Notes: generated by a model from the letters alone, not told the origin. A DNA stretch of 64,000 nt from a virus (IMGVR_UViG_2595698548_000001:194140-258139), one strand, 5' to 3'; numbered from the stretch's first letter, positions 54,501 through 63,991 are shown. A program made the numbers and translations.

Positions 54501-54798
54501 TTGCGAGAACCCCCATTGCAACGATTGCTTTGCGGAAGAAATCACGCTCGCCTTCGGGGAACGCTTCCCACGTGTCTTGCTCCAACGCAGTGTGACGCGC
54601 CTCGCCATTCAAGCGGTAGAGCGTATAGTGGTAGTCGGCGTGATGTGGGCTATCCACTGTGAACAGCCAGTTGCCTGCCTTGACCGCGTAACCCGCGCCC
54701 TCCCGTACAACTTTGACATCCAGGAGCAGCTCGGTTTGTTTGAGCTCCTTTTCTAGGCGCTTGCGAAAGCGTTCTACCTTAGCATACGGTGTCAGCAT
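54493..54798 (-). CDS. hypothetical small protein
   Basis: 101 aa. Confidence 0.45.
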   Translation of the reverse strand: MLTPYAKVERFRKRLEKELKQTELLLDVKVVREGAGYAVKAGNWLFTVDSPHHADYHYTLYRLNGEARHTALEQDTWEAFPEGERDFFRKAIVAMGVLANA

Positions 54799-55202
54799 TA
54801 TTCAGCTTCCTCGTCGGAGCCCTTGACGGGTTTACGATCCCGCGGCAGCACGAAGGAGCGTTCGCCTTTGCCCAGGCGAGCATCCATTTCGCGCTGATAC
54901 TGGATGTCCCACTTGCCTTCTTCGATATGTTCGCGCAGGTTCGCCCACGTATCGGCACTCGACAGGCCTTGCTCGATTGCAGACTTGTGCATCTGCAGGA
55001 CGTTGAGTTCGTCCTGATTCATGTACTGGTCACTCTCGGTACTGCTTAGGCGATCCATACGTTCCTGAATTTGCGCAGGCAGATCAGTTCGCATGTTGAG
55101 CGCCTTGAGCGCCTTCTTGCTTTGATTGAGTCCGTAGCGTTCGCCCACGCGCAACGCCTGACGAATCACGTTCAAGGTTTCGTTGTCCAGAATGATGGCC
55201 AT
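54798..55202 (-). CDS. hypothetical protein
   Basis: Acidic C-terminus. Confidence 0.5.
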   Translation of the reverse strand: MAIILDNETLNVIRQALRVGERYGLNQSKKALKALNMRTDLPAQIQERMDRLSSTESDQYMNQDELNVLQMHKSAIEQGLSSADTWANLREHIEEGKWDIQYQREMDARLGKGERSFVLPRDRKPVKGSDEEAE

Positions 55203-55207
55203 ACGAT

Positions 55208-55645
55208 CTAACCTCTGCCGATAAATGAAATTGTTGGGAACTTGTACCCGAACAACGCGAGACGGAATTGCACAACAGGGCGGTTGTCTTCAAAGCAGCG
55301 CACTTCTCGGAATCGGAACCAGAACCAGTCCACCCACGCTTTGTACTCAAGCTCGGATACTATGGTGGGTTCCTTCTTGGTGATCTGCGTATCACCTGAG
55401 CGATTTGCTGCTGCGCGCATTATATCGTCCAGAAGGCTGTGATGGCTCTCCATAACGAAACGACCGCGCATCGCTTGGAGCACACCGTTGATGTACAAGC
55501 ACGACCAGCAAAATGCTAGCGCCAACAGAATCAAGATCACTACTGGCGTTGCAGGTATGCCTACTTTGGCAGCCAACGTAGAGGCCACATCCAACGTGGC
55601 CCATACGGAGATTGCGTACAGAAGCACGAATGCTAAGCGGCGCAT
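55208..55645 (-). CDS. membrane protein (2 TM)
   Basis: Hydrophobic segments FVLLYAISVWATL and VVILILLALAFCWSCLYI. Confidence 0.5.
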   Translation of the reverse strand: MRRLAFVLLYAISVWATLDVASTLAAKVGIPATPVVILILLALAFCWSCLYINGVLQAMRGRFVMESHHSLLDDIMRAAANRSGDTQITKKEPTIVSELEYKAWVDWFWFRFREVRCFEDNRPVVQFRLALFGYKFPTISFIGRG

Positions 55646-55648
55646 AGG

Positions 55649-56215
55649 TTAGTTCTCGCTAGCTCGATACAGGTCATAGCGGCCGAGTGGAAACTCCACC
55701 TCGGAGTGTGCAGTGCCCGCAATCTCCATTTGCATACAGTGCGGACAATGATGCTGCCCAATAGGTTCACCCAGCAGAAGCTCAGGATGGCCCTTGCACT
55801 GAAAATCGGAGTCGCGGAAAACTCGCACCAGCACCAGACGCGGCACAGTACGATGCACGTACTTGGGATTGTCCGAGTACAGAATGCGGATAGCTGCACT
55901 GTAGCCAGCCTCCCGTACGCGGTCCCAGATGTTCTGTTTTGCCCACAGCAGAATCTCGGCACGCGCATCGTTCGATGGCTTGGCTTCGCCATAGATCGTC
56001 CACATGTAATCGAAGACTTCCTTGTCAAGCGTCGGATGATCTACCATGCCGAAGTAGAAATCACCCTCACGATATTCGTACGGCACCAGTGAAGCCTTGT
56101 TGGTTGCCAGCGTACAGGACACGCCAGGGAGTTTGGGCGGCAAGTCAAACTCAAGACCGCCCCATTGTTCAGACTTGAGGCTCGGCATGAGGGCAATCTG
56201 GATTTTGTTAGTCAT
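55649..56215 (-). CDS. paralog A of a tandem C-x-x-H-P-E...C-P-x-C protein pair
   Basis: Start at the internal Met (MTNKIQ..). The C-terminal ..VRVFRDSDFQCKGHPELLLGEPIGQHHCPHCMQM.. aligns with paralog B. Confidence 0.55.
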   Translation of the reverse strand: MTNKIQIALMPSLKSEQWGGLEFDLPPKLPGVSCTLATNKASLVPYEYREGDFYFGMVDHPTLDKEVFDYMWTIYGEAKPSNDARAEILLWAKQNIWDRVREAGYSAAIRILYSDNPKYVHRTVPRLVLVRVFRDSDFQCKGHPELLLGEPIGQHHCPHCMQMEIAGTAHSEVEFPLGRYDLYRASEN

Positions 56216-56714
56216 GGTCGGCCTCGATATGTGGCATTCCGCTGATGAGCATGGCGTTGCAGAATGGGCAGCGATACGGACGAGTCGGTTCGCCCAGCTG
56301 GAACTCTGGATGCTCCTTGCACTCGAAGTCTCGGTTGAAGTAGAAGCGCAGCACGACAAACAGATACGGCACGCCTTCCGCTTGCTTCATGTGGCGGATC
56401 GAAGTGTGGTGCCCAGTCGAATCCGCTATGGCTCGAATCGCCATCGCAAACTTGGCAATCTTACCTTCACCTTCGCAGCGTTCGTGTGGACTACCTTGCA
56501 CGCGAAACACCAGATCAGTGACGGGCATGGTCTGCGGTGCAGAGAACACGGCGTAGTGGAGGTTACCGTCGCGGGTCACGCGAATGGGCACCATGTTGTG
56601 GCGACCGCCGCTGACGGAAATCAGGATGTTGTCCGCCTTGGGGAGTTCGATACCTGCGAACAGGCCTTTGGGGTGCGGTTGAGTCAGCATCGGGTAGATA
56701 ACGTCGGTGCTCAT
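56208..56714 (-). CDS. paralog B of the tandem pair
   Basis: ..LRFYFNRDFECKEHPEFQLGEPTRPYRCPFCNAM... Confidence 0.55.
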   Translation of the reverse strand: MSTDVIYPMLTQPHPKGLFAGIELPKADNILISVSGGRHNMVPIRVTRDGNLHYAVFSAPQTMPVTDLVFRVQGSPHERCEGEGKIAKFAMAIRAIADSTGHHTSIRHMKQAEGVPYLFVVLRFYFNRDFECKEHPEFQLGEPTRPYRCPFCNAMLISGMPHIEADHD

Positions 56715-57103
56715 TTCGGAGACTCCTTGTACCAGACCTTGACGAAGGCGTACATGTGATCACTGCATTGGCTAGTCACGTACCATTGTTGGGTTTTGTA
56801 CCCGTGAGCCGCAAACAGCTCGGACACGTCTGCGGCAGCAGCTTGCAGCAACTCCAGATCAGAGTCTGCGAAGCGCAGCGCGATGATGCTAGACGTTGGG
56901 ACCTCAGGGTCTTCATCCGTCACAAAGGCATACAGCTTGTTGCCTTCGACTTTTGCAGGTTCAAGGGATTCAGTTATCCCGTCTACGACCGCAATCGCCA
57001 TGTCAGGGCTGAGTACGGGGAGTTGAATTTCGGAGTCTTCGATCATGACTACGTTCGGACGTACCGACGCGAAGCCTACGATCCATGGGAGTGTACGGCG
57101 CAT
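56711..57103 (-). CDS. hypothetical protein
   Basis: ORF in the early operon. Confidence 0.5.
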   Translation of the reverse strand: MRRTLPWIVGFASVRPNVVMIEDSEIQLPVLSPDMAIAVVDGITESLEPAKVEGNKLYAFVTDEDPEVPTSSIIALRFADSDLELLQAAAADVSELFAAHGYKTQQWYVTSQCSDHMYAFVKVWYKESPK

Positions 57104-57336
57104 TACGATATACCTCTAATGAGAACATTTGGAAAGTCCATCATGGTGTAGTGGGGCTTGCCCTTCACTTCAACATCCACGATAAACGATTTCCGATCTG
57201 GAGAGCGGCGAACGTCGACCAGCTTGAGTCGATCACCCTTTTGCAGAATAGCGACACCCGTAGGCATTCCTTGCAAAACTACAGGACCATCAGTTAGCTC
57301 GACGACATTGCCTTTCAGTTTGGCAAATTCGTCCAC
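57103..57336 (-). CDS. hypothetical small protein
   Basis: 77 aa. Confidence 0.45.
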   Translation of the reverse strand: MDEFAKLKGNVVELTDGPVVLQGMPTGVAILQKGDRLKLVDVRRSPDRKSFIVDVEVKGKPHYTMMDFPNVLIRGIS

Positions 57337-57346
57337 TAGAACTCCC

Positions 57347-57700
57347 TCAATGTCGGATTGGGCCTTCTTGCAAGTAACCCAACCACTCCGCAGTGTGCAG
57401 GACTTCCACGAGAACGACGATGCTCTGTTTCATCTGAGCATCCACCACTTCGTCTTCCCGTGGACCTACGATTCGGCGTACTATTGATTGCTTGAACTGC
57501 ACGTCCAGCACACGCCCTATGGTATCGCTGCTGCGTGGACTCAGGTGTTCCGAGGCGTCATCCACCGAGAGTTGGTACAGTGCGCCCTTCTCAGGAATCA
57601 CCAGCAGATTCGGATGCACCAGTACACGCTCCAACTGACGCCCGTCTGCCCAGACTTCGTAGTTGACCTTGTTGTCGATAAATGCGGCTACTTTTCCCAT
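57347..57700 (-). CDS. hypothetical protein
   Basis: ORF in the early operon. Confidence 0.5.
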   Translation of the reverse strand: MGKVAAFIDNKVNYEVWADGRQLERVLVHPNLLVIPEKGALYQLSVDDASEHLSPRSSDTIGRVLDVQFKQSIVRRIVGPREDEVVDAQMKQSIVVLVEVLHTAEWLGYLQEGPIRH

Positions 57701-57735
57701 GATACTTCTCCAAACTCATCTATTGGTGTTGCGAA

Positions 57736-58257
57736 TTACGCGAAGGCTTCGGCGAACGCCACCAAGTTCGCGGTGTTGGTAACGTACAGCTTGTTGTTCT
57801 CGACCAGACGTAGGCGAATCTCGTAGAGTTCTGGCACTTGACTCAGGCAGCGCAGGGACACCAGAGTGAAGGCGCCGAACTTGTTGCCGTAGAGAGTCGG
57901 CGGCGCAGGTTCGATAGGAGCATCTTGGTCAACCTCGTCCAGAGCAACTAGACCTTCCAGCATGAAGTTGCCACGCAGTTCGCAGTCTGCGATTAGCCCT
58001 TCGAGCATTGCGCGCAGGACGATTCGGACGTTCGGGATGTTTGGCAGCACAAACGTCTTCAAGTGCGGATCACTGGTCATGAAGTAGATGGCGCTCACTG
58101 GAACGTCAACGCCATCCATGTGATCTTCTACCATTGCGATCTGCCGTCCGCACGCATCGGCAATCTCCAGCACAGTACCCACAGGAAGTTGCTCAGGTAC
58201 GGCACGCCCTGCGAACACTGGCGTGAACGGCAGGGTCTTCGTTAGGATAACGCGCAT
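57736..58257 (-). CDS. hypothetical protein
   Basis: 173 aa. Confidence 0.5.
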   Translation of the reverse strand: MRVILTKTLPFTPVFAGRAVPEQLPVGTVLEIADACGRQIAMVEDHMDGVDVPVSAIYFMTSDPHLKTFVLPNIPNVRIVLRAMLEGLIADCELRGNFMLEGLVALDEVDQDAPIEPAPPTLYGNKFGAFTLVSLRCLSQVPELYEIRLRLVENNKLYVTNTANLVAFAEAFA

Positions 58258-58258
58258 A

Positions 58259-58771
58259 TCACTTCTCCTTGATTTTGAGTTTCGTCACCTCTGTTGCAAA
58301 CTGCTCCAGCTCGGCATCCCAGTACAGGCGTTCAACCTTGCCCTTGTCGTAGTACCCGTACAGGTCACCTTTCACGCACGCGGCGAACAGCTTGTACAGT
58401 GCCAGATCAAACGTGCTCGCGTCGATGCTGATATGCCGAGTAGTGGTCACCAGTCGAGTGCGTATCACCTTGCGGTCTTCAAACACGGGAACGCTGATCC
58501 GTGTAGCTTCGCCAAAGCGGAAGCCGACTACGCGAAAGCGCGCACTGGTCGAATCCCACATGACGCCGAAGGTTGCCTTGGTTTTCAGCTTCTCAGCAAT
58601 CTCGGCAGCACTCGGAACAACCAACGCGTGGTCACCAAACTCTTTTGCGGATAGGCGAGACGCAACTTTGCCTCGCCAGATGTTGAAGCCGCCATCGCAC
58701 TCGTTGCAGCGGACAAGCATACCCTCTCGAAACTTCTTAGTGTCCGCGATAATCAACGCCACATCGTTCAT
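58259..58771 (-). CDS. hypothetical protein
   Basis: 170 aa with an N-terminal C-x-x-C (..RCNECDGG..). Confidence 0.5.
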   Translation of the reverse strand: MNDVALIIADTKKFREGMLVRCNECDGGFNIWRGKVASRLSAKEFGDHALVVPSAAEIAEKLKTKATFGVMWDSTSARFRVVGFRFGEATRISVPVFEDRKVIRTRLVTTTRHISIDASTFDLALYKLFAACVKGDLYGYYDKGKVERLYWDAELEQFATEVTKLKIKEK

Positions 58772-59283
58772 TGCCGCGTTGCTCCGATTCGGCAGTGCAT
58801 CGCGTGCAGCTCCTCGCTAGAAATAGGAGGTTGCGTGTACGAGCTGCACTTGGTGTAGAACGCAAACACCACGTCAACCGATGGACTGCGCAGGTCGCGC
58901 TTGTCGATCACGGTGTCCATGTACTTGCCGCTGCCCAGATCACCAAACTCGGCAATGTAGATGATGCGCTGCACGTGGTCGCCGTTCGCAACTTCTTGCA
59001 GGAGATTCGGGTCGAACCCGGAGTGAATGATCACGACTTCGGACCAAGGCGTCTCCGGAAACATACCGAACAGGCTGTGGCTCAGGTGCCCGTCAACCGA
59101 TTTCAGTCGGCGCAGCACTGCCTCGTACATTTTCTCCTGACGAGGATCGGAGAGCAACAAACAGGCGTTACTCTCTTTCAAGGTAGCAGCCAAAAAGGCC
59201 ACTACCTGATCTTCATACGAGGAGCGGCTCAGGCTCATGCGAATGGAGTCAAACGGTTTCTTGAGGGCATCCAGCAGATTCAT
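58768..59283 (-). CDS. hypothetical protein
   Basis: 171 aa. Confidence 0.5.
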   Translation of the reverse strand: MNLLDALKKPFDSIRMSLSRSSYEDQVVAFLAATLKESNACLLLSDPRQEKMYEAVLRRLKSVDGHLSHSLFGMFPETPWSEVVIIHSGFDPNLLQEVANGDHVQRIIYIAEFGDLGSGKYMDTVIDKRDLRSPSVDVVFAFYTKCSSYTQPPISSEELHAMHCRIGATRQ

Positions 59284-59854
59284 TGGCTGTGCTCCGTGGC
59301 TTGTGGTGATCGGGTGCCCAGATTTCTTGGGCGTCCATGTGGGCTTTCACTTCCTCGAACGTGAAGAAGCGATGCTCCGGGTGATTGTCCAGACCAACAT
59401 CGAGTCGCTTGCCGCGAGCTTCGAGGTTACCGTGGCAGTGCCCATGTACATGCCATGTGCCGTAGTGACTGCGGTTCCAAATCTCCCACGGGAAGTGGCA
59501 CATGTAGATCAACTGCCCGTTGACCTTAGCTCGGTACGTGTCCCCGATAAACTGCACACGGCTCAGGCCCGCACGTCGCACTTTGCTCCAGAGGAAGTCC
59601 TCGTCGTGATTGCCGAGCACAAACACCTTCTGGCCGTTGAGCGCCTCGATCAGATCAATCAGGCGCTGCTCTTCGGTGTGCCGCAGGAACGAGAAGTCGC
59701 CAGCGTGGTACACCGTGTCGCCCGGACGTACGGTGCTGTTCCACAGGTCCAGCAAGCGCTCCGTGTTCTCCGAGTTCTCCCAAGGCCTGGCGTTAAAGGT
59801 GCAGACCTTGTCGTGGTAGAAGTGCAGATCGCTGGTGAAGTAGTGCTCAACCAT
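59249..59854 (-). CDS. calcineurin-like metallophosphoesterase
   Basis: All five motifs are present in order: DLHF(YHD) - GDF - GNHD - H(FPW) - GHCHG. Confidence 0.85.
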   Translation of the reverse strand: MVEHYFTSDLHFYHDKVCTFNARPWENSENTERLLDLWNSTVRPGDTVYHAGDFSFLRHTEEQRLIDLIEALNGQKVFVLGNHDEDFLWSKVRRAGLSRVQFIGDTYRAKVNGQLIYMCHFPWEIWNRSHYGTWHVHGHCHGNLEARGKRLDVGLDNHPEHRFFTFEEVKAHMDAQEIWAPDHHKPRSTANESAGCPQETV

Positions 59855-60110
59855 GTGTTACTCCTTTCTGTTGACGCAGCTCCCACCACACCAAGAGAGC
59901 GAGTGACGAAAGCAACAACCCAAATAGCCAAGCATAGTACAATACCATACGATGCCAAAATTCCGAGAAGCTCGTCGGCGGTGTGCCCATCATCTGCAAA
60001 AGTGGTGCCGGCACCAACATCCACAGCTTGAGAGTGATGTGGGTGCAGTCAACGCATTGTTTGAGAAACGTGACGTACAGCGACCAGATGAGTTCTAGCT
60101 TGGCTTTCAT
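59847..60110 (-). CDS. small membrane protein
   Basis: Two hydrophobic segments. Confidence 0.4.
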   Translation of the reverse strand: MKAKLELIWSLYVTFLKQCVDCTHITLKLWMLVPAPLLQMMGTPPTSFSEFWHRMVLYYAWLFGLLLSSLALLVWWELRQQKGVTHG

Positions 60111-60928
60111 CAGTGCAGTACCTCAGGAGTCCAGCCAGGCACATTCAGACGAACCAGAGTGCGGTGGCAGTCAAAGTTGATCGGCAGCGATTCGTGCAGC
60201 ATAGTCACGTTGCCTGCGTACACGGTGTTTGCAGCGAGCATGTGCTCACGCATGTGGCTGAGGTCGATGTGACTGACATCACCGCCATCGCCGATGTCCC
60301 CTTCCCATTCGCCTTCGAGTGCGCGACAGGCTTGCACGTTCGACGCCAGAATGATGCCTTCCAGCGGGAACCCTTGGGCATCAGTGATCCAGTCGGGCTT
60401 GGTTTCCCAGCCGGCAGTTGCGTGACGACCGGGCGTCGGCTGATGGCGTGGTGTGCTCGGGCGTGGAATATGCCCCTGCTGACGGTGACCCGCCACAACA
60501 GGTACATGATATGGTTCAGGCTTGTGCCCAAGAGCGGAGATACGATGGCCGTGTCGACCGCCTGCGCTACGGTGCACACCGTGATGCCCGTTCGCGTATT
60601 GCGAATACAGCGCCAGCAGATCAGCCGGCAAACGGTCAGGATCGACAGCGTAGCCCACGCCAGACTTGCTCAGCTCCGGAATCCAGAAGCCATCCAGGTG
60701 CATACGCGGGCGCCGATGGGTCGTGCCTGCTTTGACAACACCTTCGTCGACCATGATGTACACAGGCCCATTTGTCTCTACGCCGTCGAGCATGGCGTCA
60801 ACCGTGGACTGCCAACGAGCCAGATCGCTCGGCAGGCCGTCGTCTTTGAAGAAGGCGCGCATGTGATGGCGTTCGCCCATGAACTCTGGGAAGGTGACGT
60901 TGCCGCGTTGCTGCACAATGCTTTGCAT
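60110..60928 (-). CDS. His-rich hypothetical protein
   Basis: Start at 60928 (MQSIVQQ..), preceded by GAGGT; an alternative ATG lies at 60940. It is the first gene after the AT-rich promoter region. Confidence 0.5.
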   Translation of the reverse strand: MQSIVQQRGNVTFPEFMGERHHMRAFFKDDGLPSDLARWQSTVDAMLDGVETNGPVYIMVDEGVVKAGTTHRRPRMHLDGFWIPELSKSGVGYAVDPDRLPADLLALYSQYANGHHGVHRSAGGRHGHRISALGHKPEPYHVPVVAGHRQQGHIPRPSTPRHQPTPGRHATAGWETKPDWITDAQGFPLEGIILASNVQACRALEGEWEGDIGDGGDVSHIDLSHMREHMLAANTVYAGNVTMLHESLPINFDCHRTLVRLNVPGWTPEVLH

Positions 60929-60950
60929 ATCTAACCTCATCTATATGTAG

Positions 60951-61033
60951 AACCAATAGCACCAGAATGCTGCGTGCTAGTCGCACTGCCATTATCTCAT
61001 AACTGCAAACAGTAGTCTATAGTGCTATTGGTT
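60951..61033 (-). promoter_or_regulatory. AT-rich early promoter region bracketed by a perfect 12-bp inverted repeat (AACCAATAGCAC ..59 nt.. GTGCTATTGGTT)
   Basis: GC drops to ~40% here versus ~60% in the flanks. Read on the minus strand, the spacer contains TAGACT-17-GATAAT, a sigma70-like -35/-10 pair, upstream of the 60110 gene. Confidence 0.45.
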
Positions 61034-61060
61034 AAATGTTTAGCTCAGGTTGTTTCGTGG

Positions 61061-61582
61061 CTATACGATTTCCGGAATCAAATGCGCCGGAACGTGCTTG
61101 TACAGACGGTCGATCGGAACTTCGATTGCCAGACTAGGCAAGTCAGACAACTCAGGACCAACAACCTGTCCTTTGAACTTCGGAACTACCCAGGCCGTAG
61201 GTGCACGGTTCATATCGCTCGACACGGCGACAACATACACGACAGACATGGGAGGCAGCTTGCCAGAGACACCGTACTTCTCCTCCTGCGTCAGGTAGGC
61301 GAAGCAGCCATCATTGATACCGCTGGTCACGAGGCGATTTAGCTTGCCGTGCTTGCGCTTGCTCATTACTGCCTTGATGAGGCTGCGCTTGTCCAGCCAT
61401 TGCTGCGCCGTGAGCAGGATAGCCAGCGACACGAATGACGCAACGATGAATTGCAGGCCGAGCACTTGGTCGCTGAACAGCTTGTACAACGGCACTAGCG
61501 AATTGCTACGAATGCAGATCAGGACGTATGCCGCCAATATGGCGATCACCAGATTGGGCAAAGCGCGAGATTGAGTAGCCAT
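61061..61582 (-). CDS. membrane protein (2 TM)
   Basis: Start at the internal Met (MATQS..), preceded by AAGGAAA. Hydrophobic segments LVIAILAAYVLICI and LQFIVASFVSLAILL. Confidence 0.5.
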   Translation of the reverse strand: MATQSRALPNLVIAILAAYVLICIRSNSLVPLYKLFSDQVLGLQFIVASFVSLAILLTAQQWLDKRSLIKAVMSKRKHGKLNRLVTSGINDGCFAYLTQEEKYGVSGKLPPMSVVYVVAVSSDMNRAPTAWVVPKFKGQVVGPELSDLPSLAIEVPIDRLYKHVPAHLIPEIV

Positions 61583-62505
61583 CAGAAGTTTCCTTGTTCG
61601 ACTTTTATTTTGTGTGGGCGGAAGTCGCCCTGCATGGAGTGCAGCTTCTCGGTGAGAAGGTTGCGCTTGTACCAAGCACGCCCGTACGCCGCGGCGAACA
61701 GAGTGCTCATACCCGTACGACGAGGCGCACAACGCACCACGTATACCGGGTTATTGCTGTGCAGCATGTCCATTATTTTGCGCTGGTGTGGATACAGGTT
61801 GTCGATGGGCGGCGGCACGTTCGGCTTCTTAGGTAACTCCGCGATCGCCGCCATCATATCGGCGATAATCTGCTCGGAGTTGATCGGCTCTTCGGAGCCC
61901 CGCCAATTCTTCATCTGATTTAGGTCCACAGACATTTCCGTGTCGTACATGGGCAAGTTGACGATCTTTGCGATGTACGGGTCGCGCATCCAATGTGCGT
62001 ACAGCTTGCGCGCCTGCAGCTCTCGATGAGTGGCCGTCAATCGGTCTTGAACGTCCCGCACGGAATGTTGCGTCCAAAATCCTTCCACAGCCTTTTCAGC
62101 CATGAGTTCGTGCATGAGGTCCAACGTCATCGTGGATTTACCGCCGGCAGCCGCACGTCGCACGCTCTCCGAGTCGAAGAACGAACGGCACGTCGGTGAA
62201 ATGTGCAGCATGGCGCCAGCTCTCGGCGCTGTCTTGAACTCCCACTGGAAAGTTTCACCATCTTGAGACGTGAAGTAACCGTCCGCCTGTTCTGGTATAG
62301 CCCAGAGGTTGCCGTTGCCTGCACCGAACGGATACGTGACACTGACTTTAAGGTTGTCATAGAACGAGTCATGCACCGGGCCGAAGTTGTCGAGCGCTAC
62401 GACTTCGCTAGTGCCGCGAATCATTTGATAGGCACCGGCTTCGCGTTCTTTCTTGCTGCGCTCCTTGTCGAGCTCCTTACGGCTTCTATACCCGTGTGTC
62501 TTCAT
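61582..62505 (-). CDS. hypothetical protein
   Basis: Start probably at MKTHGYRS; the maximal ORF extends to 62538. Confidence 0.5.
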   Translation of the reverse strand: MKTHGYRSRKELDKERSKKEREAGAYQMIRGTSEVVALDNFGPVHDSFYDNLKVSVTYPFGAGNGNLWAIPEQADGYFTSQDGETFQWEFKTAPRAGAMLHISPTCRSFFDSESVRRAAAGGKSTMTLDLMHELMAEKAVEGFWTQHSVRDVQDRLTATHRELQARKLYAHWMRDPYIAKIVNLPMYDTEMSVDLNQMKNWRGSEEPINSEQIIADMMAAIAELPKKPNVPPPIDNLYPHQRKIMDMLHSNNPVYVVRCAPRRTGMSTLFAAAYGRAWYKRNLLTEKLHSMQGDFRPHKIKVEQGNF

Positions 62506-63079
62506 CTTCTTTCTCCATGCGCGAGTAGCGGTCCACAACTGGTGAATCGTCGGCGTTGAGGATACCGTTGATGTCTGTGGCGGTCGGGCGCACTGGCTTC
62601 ATCGCCATGCGGAATGCGCGAGCGCTCTGAGGTAGCGTTTCTTCCAGCAGTTGCCGACCATTGGGCGCTGTCCAGAAGAAACATTCAGCGTCTTTATCGA
62701 TGCAGAACATCATGCTCTTCGGACGTGCAGGACTCACAGGTACAGCCAGCTTCGGCACGTCTCCGGATGACCAGCTCATCAGCTCGTCAACCAGATTATC
62801 TTCATGGTGTGCGCGAACCAAATAGTGGAGCATCACGCTCTTGGCTCGTTCCTCTTCGCTGGCGTTACGCAGTAGATCACCCACCTGCACTTTGACGCCG
62901 CCCCACACCTTCGTGGTGCGGTCATTGATGAAGCGAAGAAGGGCTTCTGGTACGGCACCATCACTCAGCAGTGGGTGGCCAGAGTGTTCGATGCGCAACG
63001 CTTTGAGCAATGGCTTGATGTGCCCGTCTTGTCTCCAGCTTGGCTTGGGCAAGACAATCGCCGACTGTACAATCTGCAT
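62486..63079 (-). CDS. hypothetical protein
   Basis: 197 aa. Confidence 0.5.
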   Translation of the reverse strand: MQIVQSAIVLPKPSWRQDGHIKPLLKALRIEHSGHPLLSDGAVPEALLRFINDRTTKVWGGVKVQVGDLLRNASEEERAKSVMLHYLVRAHHEDNLVDELMSWSSGDVPKLAVPVSPARPKSMMFCIDKDAECFFWTAPNGRQLLEETLPQSARAFRMAMKPVRPTATDINGILNADDSPVVDRYSRMEKEDEDTRV

Positions 63080-63106
63080 GTCCGTGTCTCCAATATCATT
63101 TTCGTG

Positions 63107-63658
63107 TTAGGCCTTCTGACCTGTCCAAGGCACCACTGCTTTCTCGGTTAGCAGTTTCTTTGTAGCACCGTGTTGCAAGAGCAAGGCAGTTTGCTCTTCG
63201 GTCAATTTTGGAACGACAACTTTCGTCGGGCGAGGCAGGCCCGACATTGTGCAGCGTGCATCGAGTGCCATGATGTAGGCGGCATGGTAGCCATGCTTCA
63301 AGATGCTCACCGCTTTCTGTTTACGCTTTGGCTTACCGTCCTCGTCGGTGTAGTTGAGGACACCAAGCACGTCTGCGTAGAACCGATTGTTCTTGTACCC
63401 GATCGACGGGAACACACCCGTATCGGCTTTGGAGTTGGCGTGTCGCGCCCTTGGTCTGCGACTGCCGTAATCTTTCTTGGTCAGCCCAAGTTCACGCTCG
63501 CGCCGATTGCGATAACGTATCGCCTCGGACAACGCACGTTCTTTACCCTTGGCTGCTGGGAACCACATCGCCTCTTTTTCAGGAGAGTAGAACCGCACGT
63601 GGCAACCTTTGTCGGTCACCGTAATACGGCGCATATCAATCTCTGTATAGCTGCTCAT
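63107..63658 (-). CDS. hypothetical basic protein (possible AP2-like DNA-binding segment, weak)
   Basis: ..TGVFPSIGYKNNRFYADV...HGYHAAYIMALDA.. loosely resembles an AP2/HNH-associated DNA-binding motif. Confidence 0.45.
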   Translation of the reverse strand: MSSYTEIDMRRITVTDKGCHVRFYSPEKEAMWFPAAKGKERALSEAIRYRNRRERELGLTKKDYGSRRPRARHANSKADTGVFPSIGYKNNRFYADVLGVLNYTDEDGKPKRKQKAVSILKHGYHAAYIMALDARCTMSGLPRPTKVVVPKLTEEQTALLLQHGATKKLLTEKAVVPWTGQKA

Positions 63659-63709
63659 TGTGCTTCTCGCTAGAATGGGCCGAGCGAACCCGACCCATTC
63701 TCTGGTTGC

Positions 63710-63991
63710 TTAGTTTGCCTGTGCGGCAGCGTGGGCCTTGGCTTCGTCCCATGCAAGCGCAAGCGTCTCCTGGCTGGGGAAGCCCTCGCTAAACTTCATG
63801 GTGAACGCCAGCAAGTCCACTTCCTGATTGTCGCGCTCCTTACTGATCTGCGCAACGCAGTTCATGTACAGGCCAAGCACGCCCGGGTTAGGCATCAACC
63901 CGATGATCAGGAAAGCCTTGAGGTCATTTGCGACTTTCAACTGTCGCACCTCGATCTGCTTCTCCATGATCTTCCAGACGTGGGCGCCCAT
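63710..63991 (-). CDS. hypothetical protein (may be 5'-extended beyond window)
   Basis: Only 9 nt remain before the window edge. Confidence 0.4.
   Translation of the reverse strand: MGAHVWKIMEKQIEVRQLKVANDLKAFLIIGLMPNPGVLGLYMNCVAQISKERDNQEVDLLAFTMKFSEGFPSQETLALAWDEAKAHAAAQAN

Noticed and set aside
60941-61060. Possible tRNA in the AT-rich intergenic region (12-bp terminal stem)
   Set aside because: The 59-nt interior lacks T-loop (GTTCRA) and D-loop signatures, and the stem is 12 bp rather than 7. No cloverleaf is possible.
63107-63658. Integrase or AP2-type DNA-binding domain suggesting an attachment site
   Set aside because: There is only a loose motif resemblance, with no tyrosine or serine recombinase catalytic motifs and no flanking direct repeats. 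It is kept as a hypothetical basic protein.
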